Positions 38,127 through 46,981 of a DNA stretch of 64,000 nucleotides are shown here, one piece after another; position 1 is the stretch's first letter; each line of letters begins with the position of its first letter. Source of the stretch: Candidatus Woesearchaeota archaeon (GTDB lineage: Archaea > Nanobdellota > Nanobdellia > Woesearchaeales > UBA583); assembly GCA_965205335.1 (NCBI GenBank), contig OZ242164.1, positions 448,001 through 512,000 on the forward strand, in the 5' to 3' direction. A model generated the notes under the pieces. It had not been told where the DNA came from. It worked only from the letters and a program-made list of their open reading frames with translations, and ran no database searches. The position numbers and the translations under genes were made by a program.

Positions 38127-39455
38127 TTATTTTTCACCTCTCAATAATTGAGAATTAAAATTCAAAATACAATCTTTAGGTATCTTGACACTCTGCCTTT
38201 TCAGTTTCTCCTTCGTCTCTTTAATTTCCCTTAAACTACTCCCTTGTTTCTCATTGAGACTTCCCAACCTATCCAAAATAACCAATGAAGAATTGTCATA
38301 AAACTTATCTCTTGTATGTTTAACCTTATCAACCTTAAACTCAATCTCTTCAATCTTCTTATCAAAAGACTTCAAATTATCCCTAAGAGATTCAATCTCC
38401 TTAACTATCGTATCAATCTCAATCTTAAACTTTCTAATCTTCTTATCAAGTTCAAGGGCTTTTTCCTTCTTCTCTCTCACCTCCTTTGATTTATCAGCCT
38501 CAAATTCCTCCATATTCATTCTTAACTCATCAATTTCTTTCTCCTTTCTACTTACTAAAACACTCACCTTTAGAATCTTCTCCCTAATCTTTGCAACCTT
38601 AATATGCAAAACATTAATCCTATAATCTATATCAGAAAACTTTGTCCAATAGATCAAACCAAGAGTTAGAAACATTAACCAAACATTTGGAACTCTTCTA
38701 ATTCCTAACTTCCTTTTCCTATTAAAAATATTTATTCTCTCCTTAAGAACCTTAACATCAAACTCCAGACTCTCAAGCTTTGAACTAATCCTTTTTTTCT
38801 CCAAACTCAAATCCCGTATCTTATCCTTTGCCAGACTGACCTTATCTTCTATACCTCTCTCTTTCCCTAAATCATCTCTTTCCCCTTGCAATTCCTCTAA
38901 AGACTCCTCATTCTCACTTAACTGAGAATCCAAAGGCTTTACAAAATCATTATAAAAACTTTCCTTCTCAGTTATTATACCTTTCTTCTCAGACTCCAAA
39001 TTACGAATCTCTAACTTTAAACCCTCAACTTTGTCATGCTCCAATCTCTTAACACCATCCACATACTCTCTTAACCTCTTCTCAATAACTTGTCTCCTTT
39101 CATCATCTTCCTTTAACTGATTCTCAAAAGCTTCCAATATTTCAATAGATGAAGTTATCTCAGCAAAAATATAATCATCATCTTTTGCCTTTACGAACTT
39201 CTTCTTATCCTCTTTCCACACCTTCTCAACCATCTTACTAACTCTTTCAAAATCAGAAATTAGCCCATAAAAACTAATCTTCTTAGGATTCAAAGCAATC
39301 TCATCTAAAACCTTAATAATACAAGAATTATTAAACTCAAAATCATCAGATTCATACGAAACCTTTTCCAGTCTGGCAAAATCAAAAAACTCTATCTTTT
39401 TTTTTTCCTTTGAAAATAACCTTCTGCCCTTAATATAGAAAATATCACTTCCCAT
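38127..39455 (-). CDS. Long coiled-coil protein with a central hydrophobic segment
   Basis: Heptad-rich; WLMFLTLGLIYW in the middle. Confidence 0.7.
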   Translation of the reverse strand: MGSDIFYIKGRRLFSKEKKKIEFFDFARLEKVSYESDDFEFNNSCIIKVLDEIALNPKKISFYGLISDFERVSKMVEKVWKEDKKKFVKAKDDDYIFAEITSSIEILEAFENQLKEDDERRQVIEKRLREYVDGVKRLEHDKVEGLKLEIRNLESEKKGIITEKESFYNDFVKPLDSQLSENEESLEELQGERDDLGKERGIEDKVSLAKDKIRDLSLEKKRISSKLESLEFDVKVLKERINIFNRKRKLGIRRVPNVWLMFLTLGLIYWTKFSDIDYRINVLHIKVAKIREKILKVSVLVSRKEKEIDELRMNMEEFEADKSKEVREKKEKALELDKKIRKFKIEIDTIVKEIESLRDNLKSFDKKIEEIEFKVDKVKHTRDKFYDNSSLVILDRLGSLNEKQGSSLREIKETKEKLKRQSVKIPKDCILNFNSQLLRGEK

Positions 39456-39579
39456 CTACCTAAAACTAACAAACCCAGTTTATAAATTTTTTCTATTCCT
39501 CCTATATTAATCCTTTTATGATAGTTATAAATCATTTTAAAATAATTTTGCTACCCTATAATTATAATTATTCATAAAA

Positions 39580-40611
39580 ATGGTATTAGGCTTCATAGAT
39601 TTCTTGTTTGGAGGAAGAAAGAAAACTAAACTTCCAAAATCCGCTCAGGTTTCATCTCCCTCACTAAGTTCCGCTTCAAATGAAGAAATGACAGAATGGT
39701 ACGATATATCAAATGACCTCCAGAACAGAACAGAAGACCTAACATTTGTTGATTCAAAAGAAGAGAACACACTAAAAACAATCACATCAGAAAACCCTCA
39801 AACTGTATCAGACTCAACACACTCTCCAAGAGGAGGACACAAAAAATCCTTATCAGAAGCCATTCACAAAATCAACACAGAAATAAAAGAATCAGAAGAT
39901 AAAATCACAGAAATAGTAACAGATATGAAAGAAGTTGGGAACAAAGTCACACAATTAGAACACAAAGTGGATAGTTTAGAAGAACACAGAAAACAAACAG
40001 ACGAAAAACTACAAGAATTCGATGAACATATGACTAAATTTTTATCCTTATATGAAATAATTAACAACAAATACAATCCATTTGTAAAAGAAGATTCAAT
40101 CCCTCAAACAAATAAAATAGAATTAGACTCACAAGGAAACACAATCTCAAACGAATTCCTATCAGAAGAAGAATTACAAATACTAAAAGAACCAAGCAAA
40201 ACAATTAATATAAAAGAAACATCAAACATAGAATCTGCTCTTCTTGAATTAGAAACAATTAATATTGAAGAAGCCGCAGGAGATGCAGTTCCCCTACAAT
40301 ATATAAAAAACAACACAAACTCATTAGTTATAATACTAAGTTGGTTAGAATTTCTAATAAAAAGAGTTGGAATAGATGAAACAAGAAATACTCTAAAATA
40401 TTACACAGAAACATTAAGATGGATTACCCCTAACTCATACTTTGAATTAGACAAATACTTAAAAGGAATGAAAGACAAAGAAATAACACAAGATTCCCAG
40501 CCAATCAACATACGAGATCACATAGTATCATTATATTTCATAAGCAAACTAAACGAAAAGAAACTTGACGACAAACTAACAAATGCTGTTTTTCACATCA
40601 TAAAACAATAA
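39580..40611 (+). CDS. Archaellum accessory ArlC/D/E (FlaC-FlaD/E) fusion-like protein
   Basis: Coiled coil ending FLSLYEIINNKYNPF (FlaC-like); WLEFLIKRVG..LKYY..WI..DHIVSLYFI (FlaD/E-like). Confidence 0.75.
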   Translation: MVLGFIDFLFGGRKKTKLPKSAQVSSPSLSSASNEEMTEWYDISNDLQNRTEDLTFVDSKEENTLKTITSENPQTVSDSTHSPRGGHKKSLSEAIHKINTEIKESEDKITEIVTDMKEVGNKVTQLEHKVDSLEEHRKQTDEKLQEFDEHMTKFLSLYEIINNKYNPFVKEDSIPQTNKIELDSQGNTISNEFLSEEELQILKEPSKTINIKETSNIESALLELETINIEEAAGDAVPLQYIKNNTNSLVIILSWLEFLIKRVGIDETRNTLKYYTETLRWITPNSYFELDKYLKGMKDKEITQDSQPINIRDHIVSLYFISKLNEKKLDDKLTNAVFHIIKQ

Positions 40612-40792
40612 TCCTTAAAAATAAATAAAAGAAACAAAAACAGATAAAAAACTAAAGATAAAACCAATCTACCTTTAGTTTAATGCTCTTAGCCATTCTC
40701 TCGTGTGACCAAATAGAATATGATTTTTATAATTCTTCATAATACTATTCATTAATAGTAACATTTATAATTCTGTGTTTATTAGTATTAGT

Positions 40793-41626
40793 ATGGAAGT
40801 TATTAGTATTAGTACGAAAGAAAGAAAAAAGAGTTTAGTTGATAGATTAAGAAATCCATTTAATGAGGGAAGTTTGTTTGGAGCTGTGGTACCTGCAACA
40901 GGAGCTCTTATAGGTTACCTCTTTGGTGGAGCAGAAGGAGCAGCAGTAGGAGCAGGAGTATTAGGAATAACAGTAGCAGCGGAAGCAATATATAACAAAT
41001 ATAGAGAAAATTCAATAGGAGCAACAGGATTAGGGATAACAGTAGCAGCAGAAGCAATATATAACAAATATAGAGAAAATTCAATAAGAGCAGCAGGAGC
41101 AGCGGGAATAGGAGCAGCAGCAGGAGCAGGAGCAGCAGGAATAGGAGCAGCAGTAGGAGCTGTAGGACTAGAAGCAGCAGCGGGACTAGTAGTAGTAGCA
41201 GGAGCAGTAGGAATAGGGGCAGGAGCAGGAGCAGGAGCAGGAGCAGTAGCAGCAGGAATAGGAGCAGCAGCAGGAATAGGAGTAGGAGTGGGAGTAGGAG
41301 CAGTAGGAATAGGAGAAGCAGCAGGAATAGTAGCAGCAGTAGGAGTAGCAGGAGTAGGAGCAGTAGCAGCAGGAATAGGAGCAACGAAGGAAGCAAAAGA
41401 TACAAAAGATGGTTCTCAACTAAATACCAAGGGTTATTTCGGATGTCAACTTATAACTAATCTATTGACAACAACTGCTATAGGTATAGATTCATACCTT
41501 AGAACTGAAGGACAAGATGGAATCTTCTATGATTCTTTGCCTTTTTTCTATGCACTTCCGGGAACTACTCAGATGTATTTTTATAACCGTTTCTTCAAAA
41601 GAAACCAGATAGAACAAAACGGATAA
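40793..41626 (+). CDS. Gly/Ala-rich glycine-zipper-like membrane protein
   Basis: GALIG..GAAVGAG; duplicated GITVAAEAIYNKYRENSI; long GA/GI/GV low-complexity tract. Confidence 0.6.
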   Translation: MEVISISTKERKKSLVDRLRNPFNEGSLFGAVVPATGALIGYLFGGAEGAAVGAGVLGITVAAEAIYNKYRENSIGATGLGITVAAEAIYNKYRENSIRAAGAAGIGAAAGAGAAGIGAAVGAVGLEAAAGLVVVAGAVGIGAGAGAGAGAVAAGIGAAAGIGVGVGVGAVGIGEAAGIVAAVGVAGVGAVAAGIGATKEAKDTKDGSQLNTKGYFGCQLITNLLTTTAIGIDSYLRTEGQDGIFYDSLPFFYALPGTTQMYFYNRFFKRNQIEQNG

Positions 41627-41691
41627 AAAATAAAAAAAATTTCCAAAACCATACACCTAAATTTTATAAATAATTCTAATTAATCCATTAT

Positions 41692-43836
41692 ATGGAGCAA
41701 GAACACATCCCTATTCTAAAAGCATTTGACGACTTAAAATTCAACTTGGGAAAAAGAACCCTTGCAAACTACATCAAAGGAGACATAAATCCAACAATTG
41801 AGCGAAACAACTTAGAAGAATTAGACTCATACGGTTGCCTGTACATGCTTGAAAGAGGAGAAATCCTGAATCTAATAGAACAACTGCTAAAAAACGGATA
41901 CTTGGAAACTCTAACTGTTGGCTCTGGATTTGAAGTCCTGTCAAGAACATCAAAGGGCTTAAAAGAAATATCAGAAAAATCATTCATTCCACAGAAAAAA
42001 AACATTACAATACCAAAATTCAACCTGACATACAAAGAAACAGAAATAACTGATAACGAAAGAAAACTGTTTAAAACATTTGATTTCCTTCTAAACAAAT
42101 ACAATGACGAACAGAAAAAATCAATAATATCTCCAGAAAAAAACATACTCTGCATTGCAGGAGCAGGCTCTGGAAAAACAACAGTTCTGACAAAAAGAAT
42201 TGAATTCTTAATAAAATTTAAATCAGTTCCTCATAAAAAAATACTTGGAATAACATTTTCAAGAAAAGCAAAAGAAGAAATGGAACACAGACTAAAAAAC
42301 TTGGAGGTTGCCAATGTAATCATTGAAACATTTAACTCATTCTGCGAGAGAACACTGAAAAAATATGGAAACAAAATCTACAAAGGCGAAGTTAAAGTTG
42401 CTCAATACAGAGACAAAATTTCAATAATCTCCTCTGCCCTAAAAAAAACAGGAACATCATTCGACACATTCTACGAAGACTATTTCAACAGAAGACAACT
42501 CAGGGAAAAATCAAAAGATGATTTATTCTTCATATTTGTAAACGACATTTTCACAATAATTGATTATTACAAAAACTTAGAAAAAAACATAGAAAAATTC
42601 TATGAAAGAGAAAACAACACCACAAAAAAAAGAATTGCAAACATTATCTATAACATTGCCGTTGAAACACAGAAAATCCTAAAAGAAAGAAACCTTAGGG
42701 ATTTCTCAGACCAGATAACTGACACCTTAAAATTATTCAGAGAGAACAAAAACCTAATCCCTAACTTTGAACACATCTTAGTTGATGAATTTCAGGACAT
42801 AAATCTAATTCAGTTTGAACTCCTAAAACTTCTAAACTCACAAAACTTATTTGCAGTTGGAGACCCAAGGCAGGCAATCTATGGCTGGAGAGGAGCAGAA
42901 ATAAAATTCATTCTCAACTTCCCAAAACACTTTGAGAACACCCAGATAATACAACTAAAAAACAACTACAGATCCCAAAAGCAAATACTTGAATTTGCAA
43001 ACGAGAGCATTAAAAGTCTGGGACTTATTAATTTATCTTACACAAAAGAAAATGAAAATAAAAACTGTGTTTTTTTATTTGAACAAAACAGTGAACTGCT
43101 TGAGAAAAGATTTGTCCTTGAAGCCATTAAAAATTCACAATCAAAAAGAAATGAAATCTTTGTATTAGCAAGAACTAACAGAATACTTAAAGGTTATGCA
43201 GATTTCTTCTCCCAGAATGGAGTAAAATACAGTATTAAATCAGAAGAAGAATACAAAAATGCAGAACCAAAAGAAAACGAAGTAGTGCTTGCAACCGTTC
43301 ACTCAATAAAAGGAATGGAAGCAAACGAAGTTTATCTCGTATCATGCAACTCTATCTCATTTCCAAACAAAGTTGCCGATAATTTTGTCTTTCAACTAAT
43401 GAAAAGTCAGGATTATTACAACAAAAACTCAGAAGAGTTAAGATTATTCTATGTAGCAATTACAAGAGCTAAAGAAAAACTCATCATAACTTACAGCGGA
43501 AATTATTCTAAATTCATAAATTCAAATATGCTTTCTCTTTTAAAATTCAATAAAAACAATATATCCCTTTTTAACTACGGAAATTCAAAAGAATACAAAT
43601 CAGATTATATTGACAAATCCAATTCAACTGCTTTAAAAAATATGATTAAATCATGGAGAACAGATTTAGCAAACAAAACAGGACTCCCTTCATATATGAT
43701 AATATCAAACAAAGCAATTGATGATTTAGTAATTCAAAGACCCCATAACAAAGTTCAACTCCTTAATATTAACGGATTGGGTGATGTGAAAATTGCAAAA
43801 TACGGTGATGAATTAATTAGAATAATTAATGGATAA
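41692..43836 (+). CDS. UvrD/Rep-family helicase with N-terminal RQC-like winged helix and C-terminal HRDC
   Basis: AGAGSGKT, DEFQD, VGDPRQAIYGWRGA, NYRS, TVHSIKGME, EELRLFYVAITRAK; WR..A..PSYMI..L..INGLG..K..KYG HRDC. Confidence 0.88.
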   Translation: MEQEHIPILKAFDDLKFNLGKRTLANYIKGDINPTIERNNLEELDSYGCLYMLERGEILNLIEQLLKNGYLETLTVGSGFEVLSRTSKGLKEISEKSFIPQKKNITIPKFNLTYKETEITDNERKLFKTFDFLLNKYNDEQKKSIISPEKNILCIAGAGSGKTTVLTKRIEFLIKFKSVPHKKILGITFSRKAKEEMEHRLKNLEVANVIIETFNSFCERTLKKYGNKIYKGEVKVAQYRDKISIISSALKKTGTSFDTFYEDYFNRRQLREKSKDDLFFIFVNDIFTIIDYYKNLEKNIEKFYERENNTTKKRIANIIYNIAVETQKILKERNLRDFSDQITDTLKLFRENKNLIPNFEHILVDEFQDINLIQFELLKLLNSQNLFAVGDPRQAIYGWRGAEIKFILNFPKHFENTQIIQLKNNYRSQKQILEFANESIKSLGLINLSYTKENENKNCVFLFEQNSELLEKRFVLEAIKNSQSKRNEIFVLARTNRILKGYADFFSQNGVKYSIKSEEEYKNAEPKENEVVLATVHSIKGMEANEVYLVSCNSISFPNKVADNFVFQLMKSQDYYNKNSEELRLFYVAITRAKEKLIITYSGNYSKFINSNMLSLLKFNKNNISLFNYGNSKEYKSDYIDKSNSTALKNMIKSWRTDLANKTGLPSYMIISNKAIDDLVIQRPHNKVQLLNINGLGDVKIAKYGDELIRIING

Positions 43837-43870
43837 TAAGAAAAGAATAAGACCAAAAAAAGAAAAGATA

Positions 43871-44119
43871 CTATTTTTGCTTATCCTCTGAAACAGTACT
43901 TTTGGGATTTTGCTTTGCTTTCTTCTTTTCATTACTCTTCGGAACTTCTCCCTTAACAAAGAACTTTGTCCATTTTAATTTTCTGGCATCTCTTTTAAGA
44001 ACTAATATATTCTTCTCACATTTACCTGAACAAAAATTTAATACCTGTCCATTATCCCGGACAAAAACTTTGCCTGTTCCCTTAGAAATATTATTTCCGC
44101 AAAAAACACAACTAACCAT
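43871..44119 (-). CDS. rpl24e: Ribosomal protein eL24
   Basis: CVFCG..GTGKVFV..FCSGKC..RKLKWT. Confidence 0.96.
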   Translation of the reverse strand: MVSCVFCGNNISKGTGKVFVRDNGQVLNFCSGKCEKNILVLKRDARKLKWTKFFVKGEVPKSNEKKKAKQNPKSTVSEDKQK

Positions 44120-44121
44120 TT

Positions 44122-44370
44122 TTATCTCCTAACTCCTTTCTTCTTGAAAATCTTTCTGGCTTCATACTCTGTTTCTGTCATCATCAGAATATCCCCAACT
44201 CTTGTAGGACCACGAACATTACGGGTAATTATTTTACCCTCATCTCTTCCTGCAAGGACTTTAACTCTAACCTGAGTTACTCCTCCCTTAGCACTTGCGT
44301 TTCCAACAATCATTTCAACAATCCCTGGGATACTCTCTGCTGAAACTTCACCTTTATCTCTTTTAGCCAT
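44122..44370 (-). CDS. rps28e: Ribosomal protein eS28
   Basis: GGVTQVRVKVL..ITRNVRGP.RVGDIL..ETEYEAR. Confidence 0.95.
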   Translation of the reverse strand: MAKRDKGEVSAESIPGIVEMIVGNASAKGGVTQVRVKVLAGRDEGKIITRNVRGPTRVGDILMMTETEYEARKIFKKKGVRR

Positions 44371-44384
44371 TTTGGAAACTTCAA

Positions 44385-46016
44385 TTACTCAATACTCCCT
44401 TCTTTCTTTTCTTCCTCTGACTCCTCAGTAGCAGGTTCATGCACTATTTCTTCATCTTGATTTTCTTCCTCAAGTGATACTTCTGCATTATTACTTACAT
44501 CTTCTTCTGATTGAGTTTCCTGTACTTCTTCCTCACTCTGGTTTTGTTCCTCAGATGACTCTTCATGGTTATCTTCTGTAACTTCCTCAGTTTGATTCTC
44601 CTGTATTTCTTCTCCTTGATTTTCTTCTTCAGAAGTCTCTTGCACTACCTCTTCACTCTGACTTTCTTCGTCAGAAGGGTTTTGTGAATCATCTTCTACA
44701 ACTTCCTCAGATTGAGTTTCTTGCATTTCTTGCTCCTCTTGATTCTGTTCCTCAGATGATGTCTCTGCATTATTATCTACGTCTTCTTCTGATTGATTCT
44801 CTTCTGTTGCTCCATCACTTTGACTTTCTTCTCCAAGGGACTCTTCTATGTTATTTTCTACATTTTCTTCAGTTTGAGTTTCTTGCATTATCTCATTATC
44901 AGGAGGACTGTCCTCTTCCTTATTATTTTCCTGTGGTGTTTCCTCCCCTTGATTTTTCTCATCAGAATATTCCTCAGCACTATCTTCTGCAACGTCTTCA
45001 TCTTGAGTTTCCTGCATTGCTTCATCACTTTGACTTTCTTCTCCTAAGGAATCATCTGTGTTATCTCCTGCACCTTCCTCTGCTTGAGTCTCCTGGATTG
45101 TTTCCTCTCCCTGACTTTCCCCATCAGAAGTCTCTTCTGGATTATCTTTCTCAACTTCCTCTGCTTGAGTCTCCTGGATTGTTTCCTCTCCCTGACTTTC
45201 CCCATCAGAAGTCTCTTCTGGATTATCTTTCTCAACTTCCTCTGCTTGAGTCTCCTGGATTGTTTCCTCTCCCTGACTTTCCCCATCAGAAGTCTCTTCT
45301 GGATTATCTTTCTCAACTTCCTCTGCTTGAGTCTCCTGGATTGTTTCCTCTCCCTGACTTTCCCCATCAGAAGTCTCTTCTGGATTATCTTTCTCAACTT
45401 CCTCTGCCTGAGTCTCTCCCACAACTTCTTCATTCTGAGTTCCCTGCATTGCTTCATCACTTTGACTTTCTTCTCCAAGGGACTCTTCTATGTTATTTTC
45501 TACATTCTCTTCAGTTTGAGTTTCTTGCATTATCTCATTATCAGGAGGACTGTCCTCTTCCTCAGACTCTTCATTATTATTTTCCTGTGGTGCCTCTTCC
45601 CCTTGATTTTCTTCATCAGATGAAACTTCTGTAGTCTCATTCTCAGCAACTTCCCCTACTTGTGCAGAATCCTCTGTCTTGTCTTCCTGTTCAGAATAAG
45701 CTTTAACAAAAACATCTAGCTCTTCCTTAGCAGAACCTGGCTCAATAACACTAATAGAAGTAGTTGATTTAATACCAACACAAGCACCTAAATCAGCCTT
45801 TGAACCTGTCTCTACTGAAACTGCTTTCATCTCCTTTGCCAAAATAGGAATATGAGCTACAATCTCTGCAGGTGAAACATCATCTGCAGTAACCACCAGT
45901 TTAACCTGTCCCCTCTCAAGAGCTTTAGTTACTTCATTAACTCCAATTCTTACTATTCCACTCTCTTTTGCTTTCTGTATAATTGAAAATATTTGTTTTT
46001 CATTGATTTCAGCCAT
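44385..46016 (-). CDS. rpl7ae: Ribosomal protein L7Ae (eL8) with ~430-aa acidic repetitive C-terminal extension
   Basis: GVNEVTKALERG..LVV.A.DVSPAEIVAHIP..LG.CVG; canonical rpl7ae-rps28e-rpl24e order. Confidence 0.92.
   Translation of the reverse strand: MAEINEKQIFSIIQKAKESGIVRIGVNEVTKALERGQVKLVVTADDVSPAEIVAHIPILAKEMKAVSVETGSKADLGACVGIKSTTSISVIEPGSAKEELDVFVKAYSEQEDKTEDSAQVGEVAENETTEVSSDEENQGEEAPQENNNEESEEEDSPPDNEIMQETQTEENVENNIEESLGEESQSDEAMQGTQNEEVVGETQAEEVEKDNPEETSDGESQGEETIQETQAEEVEKDNPEETSDGESQGEETIQETQAEEVEKDNPEETSDGESQGEETIQETQAEEVEKDNPEETSDGESQGEETIQETQAEEGAGDNTDDSLGEESQSDEAMQETQDEDVAEDSAEEYSDEKNQGEETPQENNKEEDSPPDNEIMQETQTEENVENNIEESLGEESQSDGATEENQSEEDVDNNAETSSEEQNQEEQEMQETQSEEVVEDDSQNPSDEESQSEEVVQETSEEENQGEEIQENQTEEVTEDNHEESSEEQNQSEEEVQETQSEEDVSNNAEVSLEEENQDEEIVHEPATEESEEEKKEGSIE
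45074..45416. repeat. 81-bp near-perfect tandem repeat x4.2 within rpl7ae
   Basis: Encodes QAEEVEKDNPEETSDGESQGEETIQET; flanked by a ~105-bp duplication at about 44813-44920 and 45455-45560. Confidence 0.92.
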
Positions 46017-46223
46017 TTTTAACTAATGTATCATTAACCTCAAAACACAAAAGTTTTGATTAAAGAAAAAGAACACATTTCACTTTATAAATATTCTTAA
46101 ACACTAACAACCCAGATATCTAAACCCCTAATAAAAAACGTACAAGTTATGTAAATAAACCTATTTGAAATTTTCTATGCAGATAATATTAAAATTTATA
46201 AATCCAAATAAATTATTAACATT

Positions 46224-46757
46224 ATGACAAATAAAAAGACATCTATAAAGAAGAAAATAGAAGAAACCTCCAAAAAAATCTCGAGGAAAAAATCATCTAA
46301 ACAATCAAAAGAAGATAAAATTAAAGAATTAGAAAATCAGATTGAAGAATTGAAAACAGATGTGTTAAGGGCAAGAGCTGATTATGATAATCTCATGAAA
46401 AGAACAGGACAGGAAAAACTTGAGATAAAAGACAGAGTTATAATTGATTTTGTATCAGATTTACTTCCAGCAATTGATAATTTTGAAACATCCCTTAAAA
46501 TGACTGACAACAAGGAAATGTTTGTAAAAGGAGTTGAAATGATACATAAAAACTTAATAGACACTCTAAAAGAACATCAAATTGAAGAATTCAGTGCAAA
46601 AAAAGGAGATACTTTTGACCCAAGCCTGCATGAACCCATTCCTGTTGAGGATAATTCAAAAGACTTAGGAAAGATAGTCGGAATAGTAAAGAAAGGCTTT
46701 AAACATAAAGAAAAAATAATACGACCAGTTAGGGTTCAAATTCCAAAAAAAGAATAA
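46224..46757 (+). CDS. grpE: Nucleotide exchange factor GrpE
   Basis: LRARADYDNLMKR, LLPAIDNFE, FDPSLHE, KGF..IIRP.RV. Confidence 0.93.
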   Translation: MTNKKTSIKKKIEETSKKISRKKSSKQSKEDKIKELENQIEELKTDVLRARADYDNLMKRTGQEKLEIKDRVIIDFVSDLLPAIDNFETSLKMTDNKEMFVKGVEMIHKNLIDTLKEHQIEEFSAKKGDTFDPSLHEPIPVEDNSKDLGKIVGIVKKGFKHKEKIIRPVRVQIPKKE

Positions 46758-46808
46758 ATATAACTACTTATTATAAATTTTTTATATTTACGCATGATAA
46801 GTGAAAGA

Positions 46809-46935
46809 GGCTCTGTCCGGAAATTGCTTTTTCCAAAATCTATGCTAACTATATTCAATCAAAGAAAAAATTATTCGTCAAAAGTTGCTTTATTGATACA
46901 ATATTTTAAGTTCTCTTGAATTTCCGGACAGAGCC
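46809..46935. mobile_element. MITE copy 5 (127 bp, subtype II)
   Basis: TIR GGCTCTGTCCGGAAATT; TSD GTGAAAGA at 46801-08 and 46936-43. Confidence 0.97.
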
Positions 46936-46981
46936 GTGAAAGAGAAATATTTATAAATAAAGAGAACGTTACTATTATTAA

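Noticed and set aside
38127-39455. SMC/Rad50 ATPase
   Set aside because: Coiled coil only; no Walker A/B or signature motif.
40908-41419. Poly-Leu and Cys/Tyr/Ser-rich minus-strand ORFs
   Set aside because: Antisense shadows of the GGAGCA-rich tract.
44684-45634. Repetitive ORFs overlapping rpl7ae (and 50886..51344, 47376..47783)
   Set aside because: Alternate-frame or antisense shadows of acidic repeats lacking stop codons.
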